DNA of 64,000 nucleotides from an uncultured Pirellulales bacterium (GTDB lineage Bacteria > Planctomycetota > Phycisphaerae > Sedimentisphaerales > Anaerobacaceae). The stretch lies in NCBI GenBank assembly GCA_964493425.1, contig CAZBMW010000010.1, forward strand, positions 20,827-84,826, read 5' to 3'. Positions 54,123 through 61,944 of the stretch are shown in pieces. Each line of letters opens with the position of its first letter. Positions within the stretch are counted from its first letter, which is position 1. The translations under genes were made by a program, and so were the position numbers. Below the pieces are notes generated by a model, which was given only the letters and a program-made list of their open reading frames with translations, was not told the DNA's origin and made no database searches.

Positions 54123-55688
54123 TTAAAGGCTAAAAGGTCCTAACGGATGTCTCATACCAAAATCCCGATAGCTGAAATTCCGGTCATAAATGAAGCCAAA
54201 TCCATAACTGGCCCGGAAAGCACCTCGTAAGATTGTCCGCCACTGAGACGTTGGATGTGTGCCCACATTGATTAAATCATGCGGCTTTATGAAGAAATCC
54301 GGCTGTTCGCCTCTGGCAATTTTATCCAGATTTACCATTACGATTTCCTCTTTATCTTTTCCGATACGTCTTGTCACTTCACAATGTTTTGGCCAAGCCA
54401 GCGGATTAAGACCTCCTGCCGTTGCTATTGCCATCTTTAATGTTAAAGGCCGGCCGGTTATTACGAAAGCACCAACCCGGTTGACATTACCCATAACATA
54501 AAACTCCCCGACAAGGTCGACCGGCACATGAATTGTATCTCCTTCCCTAATCACAATGTTATACTTGGGATCGCCAGCCAATAGTTTATCTGCCGGAATC
54601 CTAATAAGTCTTACCTTAGGTTCTTGTGGCTCTTCGGCCTCCCATTCAAACTCATAAGGCAAGACCGGCTCTTCTTCAATCCTGCCAATTCCTCCAGGCC
54701 GCCTGCCAACCTCAACCGGGACCCACTTTCCATCCCTGAATATCCATTCAATCCGGCCGGCTTCCTCTGCCCGTCCAAAACCGGATTCAAAACCTGAAAT
54801 TTCACTCAACAAATCAACTCCTCCGGGTGATACCGCACCAAGAAGTTCCCGGTCAGTTACCATTTCTGAAGAAGTCATAACAAGCTCATCAAGTTTGCCT
54901 TTGTCATCCTCGCTCCTCGGCATTATCATTCTAAGCATATCCTGTTCTGGTATATACATTTCCTCGGTGTCGATGGGCCCGAGCAATTCTTCGTCTATAG
55001 GTTGAGTTGTTTCTCTCACTTCTTTAGGACGACGAGAAACATAAATATAGCTGACATTAAACTGACCTACCCCCCCGGCCTGGGCAACAGCATCAAGCAG
55101 GCGATAATCATAACGAGGAATCGAAAACCTGCCCGCATTACGTACTCCCTGTCCAGAGACGGAAAATGTGCGCTTCTGTGAACTCAATAAAATCACATTC
55201 ACCAATGGCTCTTTTAATAAGTTCGGTCTCAGAATATTCCTAATCTCCTCCTCGAGCTGTCTTTCTGTCAAACCAGCTACCTCAATCACACCAACTTCCA
55301 TTACATTTATCTTGCCGGTTTCGTTTACCATATAATCTTGTGTAAAAGTTATATTATCTGCAAGCAATTCATAGATTTGTACTCTTAAAGCATCTCCAGG
55401 GCTAAACGTATAGTCAATCTCATCTGCAACAATATCGGATGGAAGTGGTTCCTCAGCTCCTTCAAAAGCCGATGGTTCCTCATCTTCAACACCCAATGAA
55501 TCAAGTATTACATTTACCGCCGGCACTGGACGAAACCTGCCTATCTGCGTCGGGTCAAGAATCCTGTTGTTGTGGTCGCAACCCGAAAGAAATCCACAGA
55601 AAATTACTAAAGTAATACAGTACTTAAAAATGTTTTGAAAAACCGTATTACCAGCCGATACAAATGATACATTCTGCATCTTTTCCAT
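54123..55688 (-). CDS. polysaccharide export lipoprotein (Wza/EpsE-like, Poly_export plus SLBB domains) with a large acidic insertion
   Basis: Lipobox FLSGC, Poly_export motif PGDALRVQIYE, and SLBB-like segments on both sides of a roughly 130-aa Glu/Asp-rich insert. Confidence 0.8.
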   Translation of the reverse strand: MEKMQNVSFVSAGNTVFQNIFKYCITLVIFCGFLSGCDHNNRILDPTQIGRFRPVPAVNVILDSLGVEDEEPSAFEGAEEPLPSDIVADEIDYTFSPGDALRVQIYELLADNITFTQDYMVNETGKINVMEVGVIEVAGLTERQLEEEIRNILRPNLLKEPLVNVILLSSQKRTFSVSGQGVRNAGRFSIPRYDYRLLDAVAQAGGVGQFNVSYIYVSRRPKEVRETTQPIDEELLGPIDTEEMYIPEQDMLRMIMPRSEDDKGKLDELVMTSSEMVTDRELLGAVSPGGVDLLSEISGFESGFGRAEEAGRIEWIFRDGKWVPVEVGRRPGGIGRIEEEPVLPYEFEWEAEEPQEPKVRLIRIPADKLLAGDPKYNIVIREGDTIHVPVDLVGEFYVMGNVNRVGAFVITGRPLTLKMAIATAGGLNPLAWPKHCEVTRRIGKDKEEIVMVNLDKIARGEQPDFFIKPHDLINVGTHPTSQWRTILRGAFRASYGFGFIYDRNFSYRDFGMRHPLGPFSL

Positions 55689-55770
55689 AATCCCAAACTT
55701 CCTTATAATTCTTTTTAGGACCTGTCCTGAACCAGCAGGACAAAGCCAAAACCTCTTATTTACAGTTACT

Positions 55771-55786
55771 CGATAATTTTTTATCG
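55771..55786. promoter_or_regulatory. perfect 6-4-6 palindrome CGATAA-TTTT-TTATCG in the exosortase-operon upstream region
   Basis: Read directly from the sequence. A related imperfect copy CCGATAA-TTTTT-TAATTGG lies at 55881-55899. Confidence 0.3.
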
Positions 55787-56086
55787 GTTTAACATAGGGC
55801 CTTCTTAACTTTTTTAACCCTATAAACTTAAGACAAAATTCGAGTCCACTTTTACGCCATTTTTCTCAAAAGCCCTTGGACCGATAATTTTTTAATTGGC
55901 AATACAGATAAAAGAGCGGGGGACAAATAAGAATGGGCATACTTTGAAAATCAGGATCATTCAGGTAAAAATAATTATATTCAAAAAATAATTGATAATT
56001 TCACACAAAAAAAGCCCCGGCAATCCGCTTAGGCTTGTTATTGTTTTTTAAGACCGCTCTGTTCAGCAATCTTGAATCTGCCTCGA

Positions 56087-56878
56087 CTACCAGTGATATT
56101 CCATTTTAGCAAGGCGTTTTTGCAAAACACCGTCAGAACTCGCTTTGAATATCTCCACCCTGCGGGGCAATACGATGCCGTTGTCTTTGGTTTGAGTATA
56201 ATTATAACCACGAACAGTCAATAGACTATCAGAGTCCCCACTACCATACCATACGACATCAATCAGAGAACTTTGCTGACTCTGACAGAAAATTACTCCC
56301 TCTTCGGCGCCATCGCCCTGCTCCGTCTTCACAATTCTCACCACAGGCCAATAAATCTGACCATCTATTTTTATTAACTGCCGTCTTTTTGTATACACTG
56401 CCGACTTATCCAAAAAGCGAACAGGTGCTGTCATAATATCAAGCACTGCCCTGGCAAAAGTCTTTGCTTCTATCTCAACAGGCAGAGTCCAATCCTTTTC
56501 AGCCGTTTTTAAGACGCTGAATTTTCCCCCCGACAATTGGCAGACAAACTTGCCCTCCGGCTCTTCAGCCGAAATTCGAATTGAATTCGACCAGGGATAA
56601 ATCTGGTGAATCTGCTCGGTCAGATACAAGCTCTTGTCCGCTTTGTAGAATGTCACCACGCATTCAAGCGGCACCTCTTTAACTTCCATCCAGGCCTTCA
56701 AACCACCTGTTGCCTTGACCGCCGCTGACACAAATTCACCTTCCAGAGCGATTGAAGCATTCTCAGCTCCCACAGCTAGCGGCTCGACAGCGGGCTTTGA
56801 TTCAACCTGCTGTCCACACCCAGCAGCTAAGAACAAAACCAAAATCCCTACAGCTATCTTCATAAATAACTGTTTCAT
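56087..56878 (-). CDS. hypothetical lipoprotein
   Basis: Start at ATG 56876-56878 gives MKQLFMKIAVGILVLFLAAGC (lipobox). I recognise no motif. It lies 37 nt downstream of PFOR. Confidence 0.55.
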   Translation of the reverse strand: MKQLFMKIAVGILVLFLAAGCGQQVESKPAVEPLAVGAENASIALEGEFVSAAVKATGGLKAWMEVKEVPLECVVTFYKADKSLYLTEQIHQIYPWSNSIRISAEEPEGKFVCQLSGGKFSVLKTAEKDWTLPVEIEAKTFARAVLDIMTAPVRFLDKSAVYTKRRQLIKIDGQIYWPVVRIVKTEQGDGAEEGVIFCQSQQSSLIDVVWYGSGDSDSLLTVRGYNYTQTKDNGIVLPRRVEIFKASSDGVLQKRLAKMEYHW

Positions 56879-56914
56879 ATTAACACTCTTCCACAATCCT
56901 TTTTAAAATCAGCA

Positions 56915-59900
56915 TCAACTATTTGATTTCTCTTCGCCTCCATCACACTTTAAGTTTGCAAGCTGCTTGATAAGTCTGTACTTTTCAGCCACGTCTTTTT
57001 TCGCAAGCTCGATAAGCCTGGCTGCTTGTTCAGGCCTGGACTGCTTCAGTGTGCGATACCGGTTCTCGCCGTACGCATATTCGACAAAATCAAAGCTCGG
57101 CGCTTTGGAATCGAGCTGCAGCGGATTTTTGCCCTGCTCCTTAAGCAGAGGATTAAACCTGTACAGCGGCCAATAACCGCTTTCGACCGCCCTTTTTTGC
57201 TCGTCAAATCCTTTTGTCATATTGATTCCATGTGCGATACAATGAGAATACGCAACAATTAGCGAAGGTCCAGGATAAGCCTCCGCTTCCACAAATGCCT
57301 TAACCGTTTGATTTGGATTTGCACCGAGCGCCACCTTCGCAACATATATATTACCGTAAGTCATCATAAGCAATCCGAGCTCCTTTTTAGGCATTGGCTT
57401 GCCGGCTGCTGCAAACTGAGCCACTGCCGCTCTCGGCGTCGACTTTGACATCTGGCCTCCCGTATTCGAATAGACCTCGGTATCAAGAACCAGAACATTA
57501 ACATCCTCACCGCTTGCCAGAACGTGGTCAAGGCCGCCATAGCCGATATCATACGCCCAGCCGTCACCTCCAAGCGCCCAGATACTTTTACGAACAAGAT
57601 AATCAGCAACGTCCAGCAACTGTGAGCACTCGTCACATTTACTTTTCTCGCACTGCTTTTTCAATTCAGCAACCCGCTGCCTCTGCTGCTCTATCGCCTG
57701 CTGAGCAGGTTCATTAGCCAAAGCGGCCTTTTTAATCTCTTCAGCCAGCTCTTTTCCCACACAGCCTTTAGCAGCAACCTTCTCAAGCAGCTCAAGAGCA
57801 AACTGCTTAAACTTATTAACCGTCAGCCGCATACCCATCGCAAACTCAGCGCTATCCTCGAACAGGCTGTTACTCCACGTCGGCCCTCTTCCATCCTCCC
57901 TTTTTGTATAAGGCGTTGTCGGTAAATTGCCACCATAAATGGACGAACATCCGGTTGCGTTTCCAATCATCGCCCTGTCACCGAACAATTGTGTCAGCAG
58001 CTTCACATAAGGTGTCTCGCCGCAGCCGGCACAGGCACCCGAAAACTCAAACAAAGACTGTACCAACTGGCTGCCTTTAACAGTATCCGGCTTAAAGAGT
58101 TTCGGGTCCGTATTCGGTATCGATAGAAAATATGCAAAATTCTCTTTCTCCTGAGTCCGCAGCGGCTCCTGCAGGTGCATATTTATCGCCTTCTTGCCGG
58201 TCGGCTGCTTATTTTCATCTTTCTGCTCGGCGGGACAGAAAAGCACACACGCACCACAGCCGGTACAATCTTCCGGTGCTACCTGAACAGTAAATTTCAT
58301 ACCGGCAAATTCCTTGCCCTTGGCATCTATACTCTTGAAGGTCTTCGGCGCCTTTTCAAGATGCTTGGCATCATAAGCCTTGACTCTTATAGCCGCATGC
58401 GGACAGACAAGCGAACATCGCCCGCACTGAATGCATATATCCGGCTCCCAGACAGGAATATTGACGGCGATATTGCGCTTCTCGAACCGCGTGGTGCCCG
58501 TGAGGAATTTACCATCACAGGGCAGTTTGCTTACCGGGACCTTATCGCCCCGCCTTACCATTATCTCTGCGGTTACCTCCTTGACAAATTCCGGAGCATC
58601 ATCAGGCACCACCGGCGGCATCTTAATCTTGCTTGTCACCTTGTTCGGATGCTCGACCTCGTACACCTTGTCAAGCGCACCGTCAACCGCGGCATTGTTC
58701 ATATTAACAACCTTCTCGCCTTTTTTGCCGTAAGTTTTTTTAACAGCATTCTTAATTGCCTTAACAGCCTCATCTATAGGTATAATATTACTGATTTTGA
58801 AAAAGGCTGTTTGCATAATCACATTAATTCGGGCTCCCAGACCAAGCTCACCAGCAAGCGAAATCGCATCTATTACATAGAACTTCAGTTTCTTGTCTAT
58901 TATCTGCTTTTGCACCTCTTGCGGCAGAGTATCCCATACCTCATCCGGTCCGTGCATAGTCGTCAGAAGAAACGTAGCCCCCTCTTTGGCGGAAGACAGC
59001 ATATCATATTTTTCAAGAAAGCTCGGATTATGGCAGGCCACAAAGTCGGCCCGGTTAACTAAATAAGGCTTGCGAATAAGGTCTTCGCCGAATCTCAGAT
59101 GCGAGATTGTTACCGCACCTGCCTTTTTAGAGTCATATTCAAAATAACCCTGGGCGTAATTTTTCGTCAGCTCGCCGATTATCTTGATAGAGTTCTTGTT
59201 TGCACCAACCGTACCGTCCGAGCCGAGACCGAAAAACATCGCAGAATATACACCCGCACTTTCAACATCAAATGACTCGTCAACATCAAGGCTCGTATCG
59301 GTAACATCATCGATGATTCCCACGGTAAATCCGTTTTTGGGCTTCGCCGAATCGAGATTGTCAAAAACAGCCTTGACCATAGCAGGAGTAAACTCTTTTG
59401 AGCCCAGACCGTACCGTCCTCCAACTATGACAGGATAATCCTTAAACGGCGACTGCCCGACAGCCATCGCCTCTCCTACAGCGGTTCGAATATCAAGGTA
59501 TAAAGGCTCGCCGATTGAGCCCGGCTCTTTTGTTCTGTCCAATACTGCAATCTTTTTTGTCGTCTTCGGCAGGGCAGCAATGAAATCCTTCGTGCTGAAA
59601 GGCCGGTAAAGCCTTACCTTGATTACGCCAACCTTTTGGCCCTGCTTATTGAGATATTCCACTGTCTCGTGCACGGTTTCAGAAGCAGAGCCCATAATAA
59701 CGATAACCTTCTCTGCATCTGCCGCACCAACATAATCAAACAAATGATACTGTCTGCCGACAATAGAAGCGAATTTATCCATTGTTTTTTGGACAATCGC
59801 AGGCACCGCCAGATAATATTTATTTACCGTCTCTCTGCCCTGAAAATAAATATCTGGATTCTGAGCGGTACCGCTTATCATCGGCCTGTCGGGAGACAAT

Positions 59901-60520
59901 GCACGTCTCTTATGTTCTGCGACAAGCTTGTCGTCAATCATAGCACGCATATCTTCTTTCGTAAGCCGCTCGATTTTCTGAATCTCGTGGCTGCTGCGGA
60001 ATCCATCAAAGAAATTTAAAAATGGAACCTTCGATTCCAGCGTTGCCTGCTGCGAAATCAAGGCTAAATCCATAACCTCCTGGATACTGCCTGCACAAAC
60101 AAGGGCAAATCCTATCTGACGGACTGCCATAACGTCCGAATGGTCGCCGAAAATCGACAGAGCCTGGCAGGCAAGAGAGCGGGCAGATACGTGAAAAACC
60201 GTGGGTAGAAGCTCGCCGGCTATCTTGTACATATTAGGAATCATCAGTAACAGCCCCTGGGATGCAGTAAATGTCGTCGCCAGCGACCCGCTGGCAAGAG
60301 CTCCGTGTATCGCTGCCGATGCACCGCCCTCGGATTGCATCTCTGTTACCGATGGGATAGTACCCCATATATTTGTCTCGCCGCCTGCTGATAAGGAATC
60401 TGCAAGCTCGCCCATTGGCGAACTCGGCGTTATCGGATAAATAGCAATTACTTCGTTCGTGGCATGGGCAACCGTCGCCGCCGCTGTATTACCGTCAATT
60501 TGAACCATTTCACGTCCCAT
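56915..60520 (-). CDS. nifJ: pyruvate:ferredoxin (flavodoxin) oxidoreductase
   Basis: About 1200 aa. Ferredoxin motifs CIQCGRCSLVCP and CTGCGACVLFCP, TPP motif GGDGWAYDIG. Start placed at ATG 60518-60520 (MGREMVQIDGNTAAA) with GGAAAGG upstream. Confidence 0.95.
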   Translation of the reverse strand: MGREMVQIDGNTAAATVAHATNEVIAIYPITPSSPMGELADSLSAGGETNIWGTIPSVTEMQSEGGASAAIHGALASGSLATTFTASQGLLLMIPNMYKIAGELLPTVFHVSARSLACQALSIFGDHSDVMAVRQIGFALVCAGSIQEVMDLALISQQATLESKVPFLNFFDGFRSSHEIQKIERLTKEDMRAMIDDKLVAEHKRRALSPDRPMISGTAQNPDIYFQGRETVNKYYLAVPAIVQKTMDKFASIVGRQYHLFDYVGAADAEKVIVIMGSASETVHETVEYLNKQGQKVGVIKVRLYRPFSTKDFIAALPKTTKKIAVLDRTKEPGSIGEPLYLDIRTAVGEAMAVGQSPFKDYPVIVGGRYGLGSKEFTPAMVKAVFDNLDSAKPKNGFTVGIIDDVTDTSLDVDESFDVESAGVYSAMFFGLGSDGTVGANKNSIKIIGELTKNYAQGYFEYDSKKAGAVTISHLRFGEDLIRKPYLVNRADFVACHNPSFLEKYDMLSSAKEGATFLLTTMHGPDEVWDTLPQEVQKQIIDKKLKFYVIDAISLAGELGLGARINVIMQTAFFKISNIIPIDEAVKAIKNAVKKTYGKKGEKVVNMNNAAVDGALDKVYEVEHPNKVTSKIKMPPVVPDDAPEFVKEVTAEIMVRRGDKVPVSKLPCDGKFLTGTTRFEKRNIAVNIPVWEPDICIQCGRCSLVCPHAAIRVKAYDAKHLEKAPKTFKSIDAKGKEFAGMKFTVQVAPEDCTGCGACVLFCPAEQKDENKQPTGKKAINMHLQEPLRTQEKENFAYFLSIPNTDPKLFKPDTVKGSQLVQSLFEFSGACAGCGETPYVKLLTQLFGDRAMIGNATGCSSIYGGNLPTTPYTKREDGRGPTWSNSLFEDSAEFAMGMRLTVNKFKQFALELLEKVAAKGCVGKELAEEIKKAALANEPAQQAIEQQRQRVAELKKQCEKSKCDECSQLLDVADYLVRKSIWALGGDGWAYDIGYGGLDHVLASGEDVNVLVLDTEVYSNTGGQMSKSTPRAAVAQFAAAGKPMPKKELGLLMMTYGNIYVAKVALGANPNQTVKAFVEAEAYPGPSLIVAYSHCIAHGINMTKGFDEQKRAVESGYWPLYRFNPLLKEQGKNPLQLDSKAPSFDFVEYAYGENRYRTLKQSRPEQAARLIELAKKDVAEKYRLIKQLANLKCDGGEEKSNS

Positions 60521-60917
60521 AACTTTACGCCTTTCCAAGATAAAAACCACATTCAAATTCGTTTCTTGAACTAAAAAAGGAATCTTACTTATACAACTTT
60601 TCGCTCTATTCAGCAATGCAAATTTCTATAAAAATGCTTCATTGCTGAAACAATAAAACCCAAAATCCCTCTCGAGCCCTTTCATACGCTTAGCACTACT
60701 TCAAAAATACCGCTAATAATTAATATTTTGTTTGATTTTTCTTGACGGACAAAGTCAAATCGGTTTTATTTAACAATCAAGATTTTATAAAAGGGAAAAC
60801 TGGCTGACAACAGCCGTTACAAATAGATACAATGTTTTAGTCATAAAGGCTAAAAATTATTTAACAAGGCCATAAAAAAAGCTAAGGTTTTAAAAAATAA
60901 TTTGAAAGGACTGAGCT

Positions 60918-61688
60918 ATGACACCTCTTAAACTTTCAGCAGTATTATTAACCGTATGCATATCTGTCGCGACCCTGACCGGCTGTGCAGACGACCTCAG
61001 GATTCAGAATGAAAGACAACGTAAAGAAATTGCAGACCTCGGAAGTAAACTCCAGACAAATAAACTTACAATTGATCAACTGCAAAGACAGCTGAACGAC
61101 GCCGACGATTCCTGCAAAGCCAAAACCGATTCTTTTCAGCAGACAATAAACGCCCTTGAGCAAAACGTTGAAGAAAAGAACAAGCTCATCGACACGATGA
61201 GTAAACAATTACTTCAGGGCGGTATGGCGCTGCCCATCGAGCTAAGCACAATGCTGGAAGATTTCGCAAAAGGTTCGAATATGGTGACATACGATGCTGA
61301 CCGCGGCATCGTAAAATTCAAAAGTGATTTGCTCTTCGAGGTGGGAAGCGACCGGGTAACTGCAAGCGCAGCAGCTTCTATTAAGGCTCTTTGCGCAATA
61401 TTAAACTCCGAACAGGGTAAAAAATTTGATATAATCATCGCCGGGCATACCGACGACATTCCTATCGGGAAACCTGAAACACGAGCAAAGCATCCTACCA
61501 ACTGGCATCTTTCTGTGCACAGAGCAATTTCAGTCCTGAATATGATGAAAAGCAACGAAATTGACTTTCAACGAATGAGTGTCAGAGGTTTCGGAGAATA
61601 CAGACCGCTTGAACCGAACGCACCGGGCAAAAAAGGTAACCCGCAAAACAGACGTGTCGAAATCTACATTGTGCCGAAAGGAGTGTAA
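60918..61688 (+). CDS. OmpA/MotB-domain lipoprotein with N-terminal coiled coil
   Basis: Lipobox LTGC, coiled-coil region, and a C-terminal OmpA-like domain: GHTDDIPIG, NWHLSVHRA, NRRVEIYIV. Confidence 0.8.
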   Translation: MTPLKLSAVLLTVCISVATLTGCADDLRIQNERQRKEIADLGSKLQTNKLTIDQLQRQLNDADDSCKAKTDSFQQTINALEQNVEEKNKLIDTMSKQLLQGGMALPIELSTMLEDFAKGSNMVTYDADRGIVKFKSDLLFEVGSDRVTASAAASIKALCAILNSEQGKKFDIIIAGHTDDIPIGKPETRAKHPTNWHLSVHRAISVLNMMKSNEIDFQRMSVRGFGEYRPLEPNAPGKKGNPQNRRVEIYIVPKGV

Positions 61689-61714
61689 ATACTGTCAAGT
61701 TTTAAAATTTAATC

Positions 61715-61743
61715 TTGACTTAAACCCGAAAATTTAGTATGAT
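61715..61743 (+). promoter_or_regulatory. putative promoter of the trp leader
   Basis: TTGACT (61715-61720), 17-nt spacer, TATGAT (61738-61743). The predicted start site falls at about 61750, which is the A of the leader ATG. Confidence 0.5.
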
Positions 61744-61749
61744 AGTATT

Positions 61750-61824
61750 ATGAAGACGAATTACCGTAAAAACACAAACAATTGGTGGTGGCCTGAAGGA
61801 GGATATCCGACAGGCAAACGGTAA
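61750..61824 (+). CDS. trpL: trp operon leader peptide MKTNYRKNTNNWWWPEGGYPTGKR (24 aa)
   Basis: ATG at 61750, three consecutive TGG codons at 61783-61791, TAA at 61822-61824. It lies between a promoter and a terminator directly upstream of trpE. It is below the ORF-track size cut-off. Confidence 0.6.
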   Translation: MKTNYRKNTNNWWWPEGGYPTGKR

Positions 61825-61891
61825 TTTGCTGTAAACAAACAAAAAAAGACTTATTAAAAGCGGCCTGTCGGAAAAACAGGCCGCTTTTTTT
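61783..61891 (+). promoter_or_regulatory. transcription attenuator with mutually exclusive antiterminator and terminator
   Basis: TCCGACAGGC (61806-61815) is perfectly complementary to GCCTGTCGGA (63-72 of the 618xx block, i.e. 61863-61872). That segment overlaps the 5' arm of the terminator stem (61860-61868). Confidence 0.55.
61856..61891 (+). terminator. intrinsic terminator of the attenuator
   Basis: GCGGCCTGT (61860-61868) pairs with ACAGGCCGC (61876-61884) around a 7-nt loop. It is followed by seven T (61885-91) and preceded by AAAA. Confidence 0.7.
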
Positions 61892-61944
61892 ATTTGTATT
61901 TGTGCAAATTTTAAGATAAAAAACATAAATTTAAGGTTACCAAT

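Noticed and set aside
58175-59062. A 295-aa plus-strand ORF, together with many other long ORFs antisense to strong genes: 226-561, 3505-4029, 7979-8512, 22206-22646, 26122-26592, 35040-35597, 40475-41110, 42947-43360, 50770-51219, 63160-63654.
   Set aside because: They lie entirely inside, and antisense to, genes with unmistakable conserved motifs (PFOR, priA, nadC/birA, lon, pdxB, cimA, AAA+, pheT, TPR, trpE). Their translations are low-complexity or Cys/Arg/Ser-rich with no recognisable domain.
60690-60697. A CIRCE-like half-site TTAGCACT upstream of PFOR / the ompA-like gene.
   Set aside because: No inverted partner GAGTGCTAA lies within the expected 9-nt spacing, and the neighbouring genes are not chaperones.
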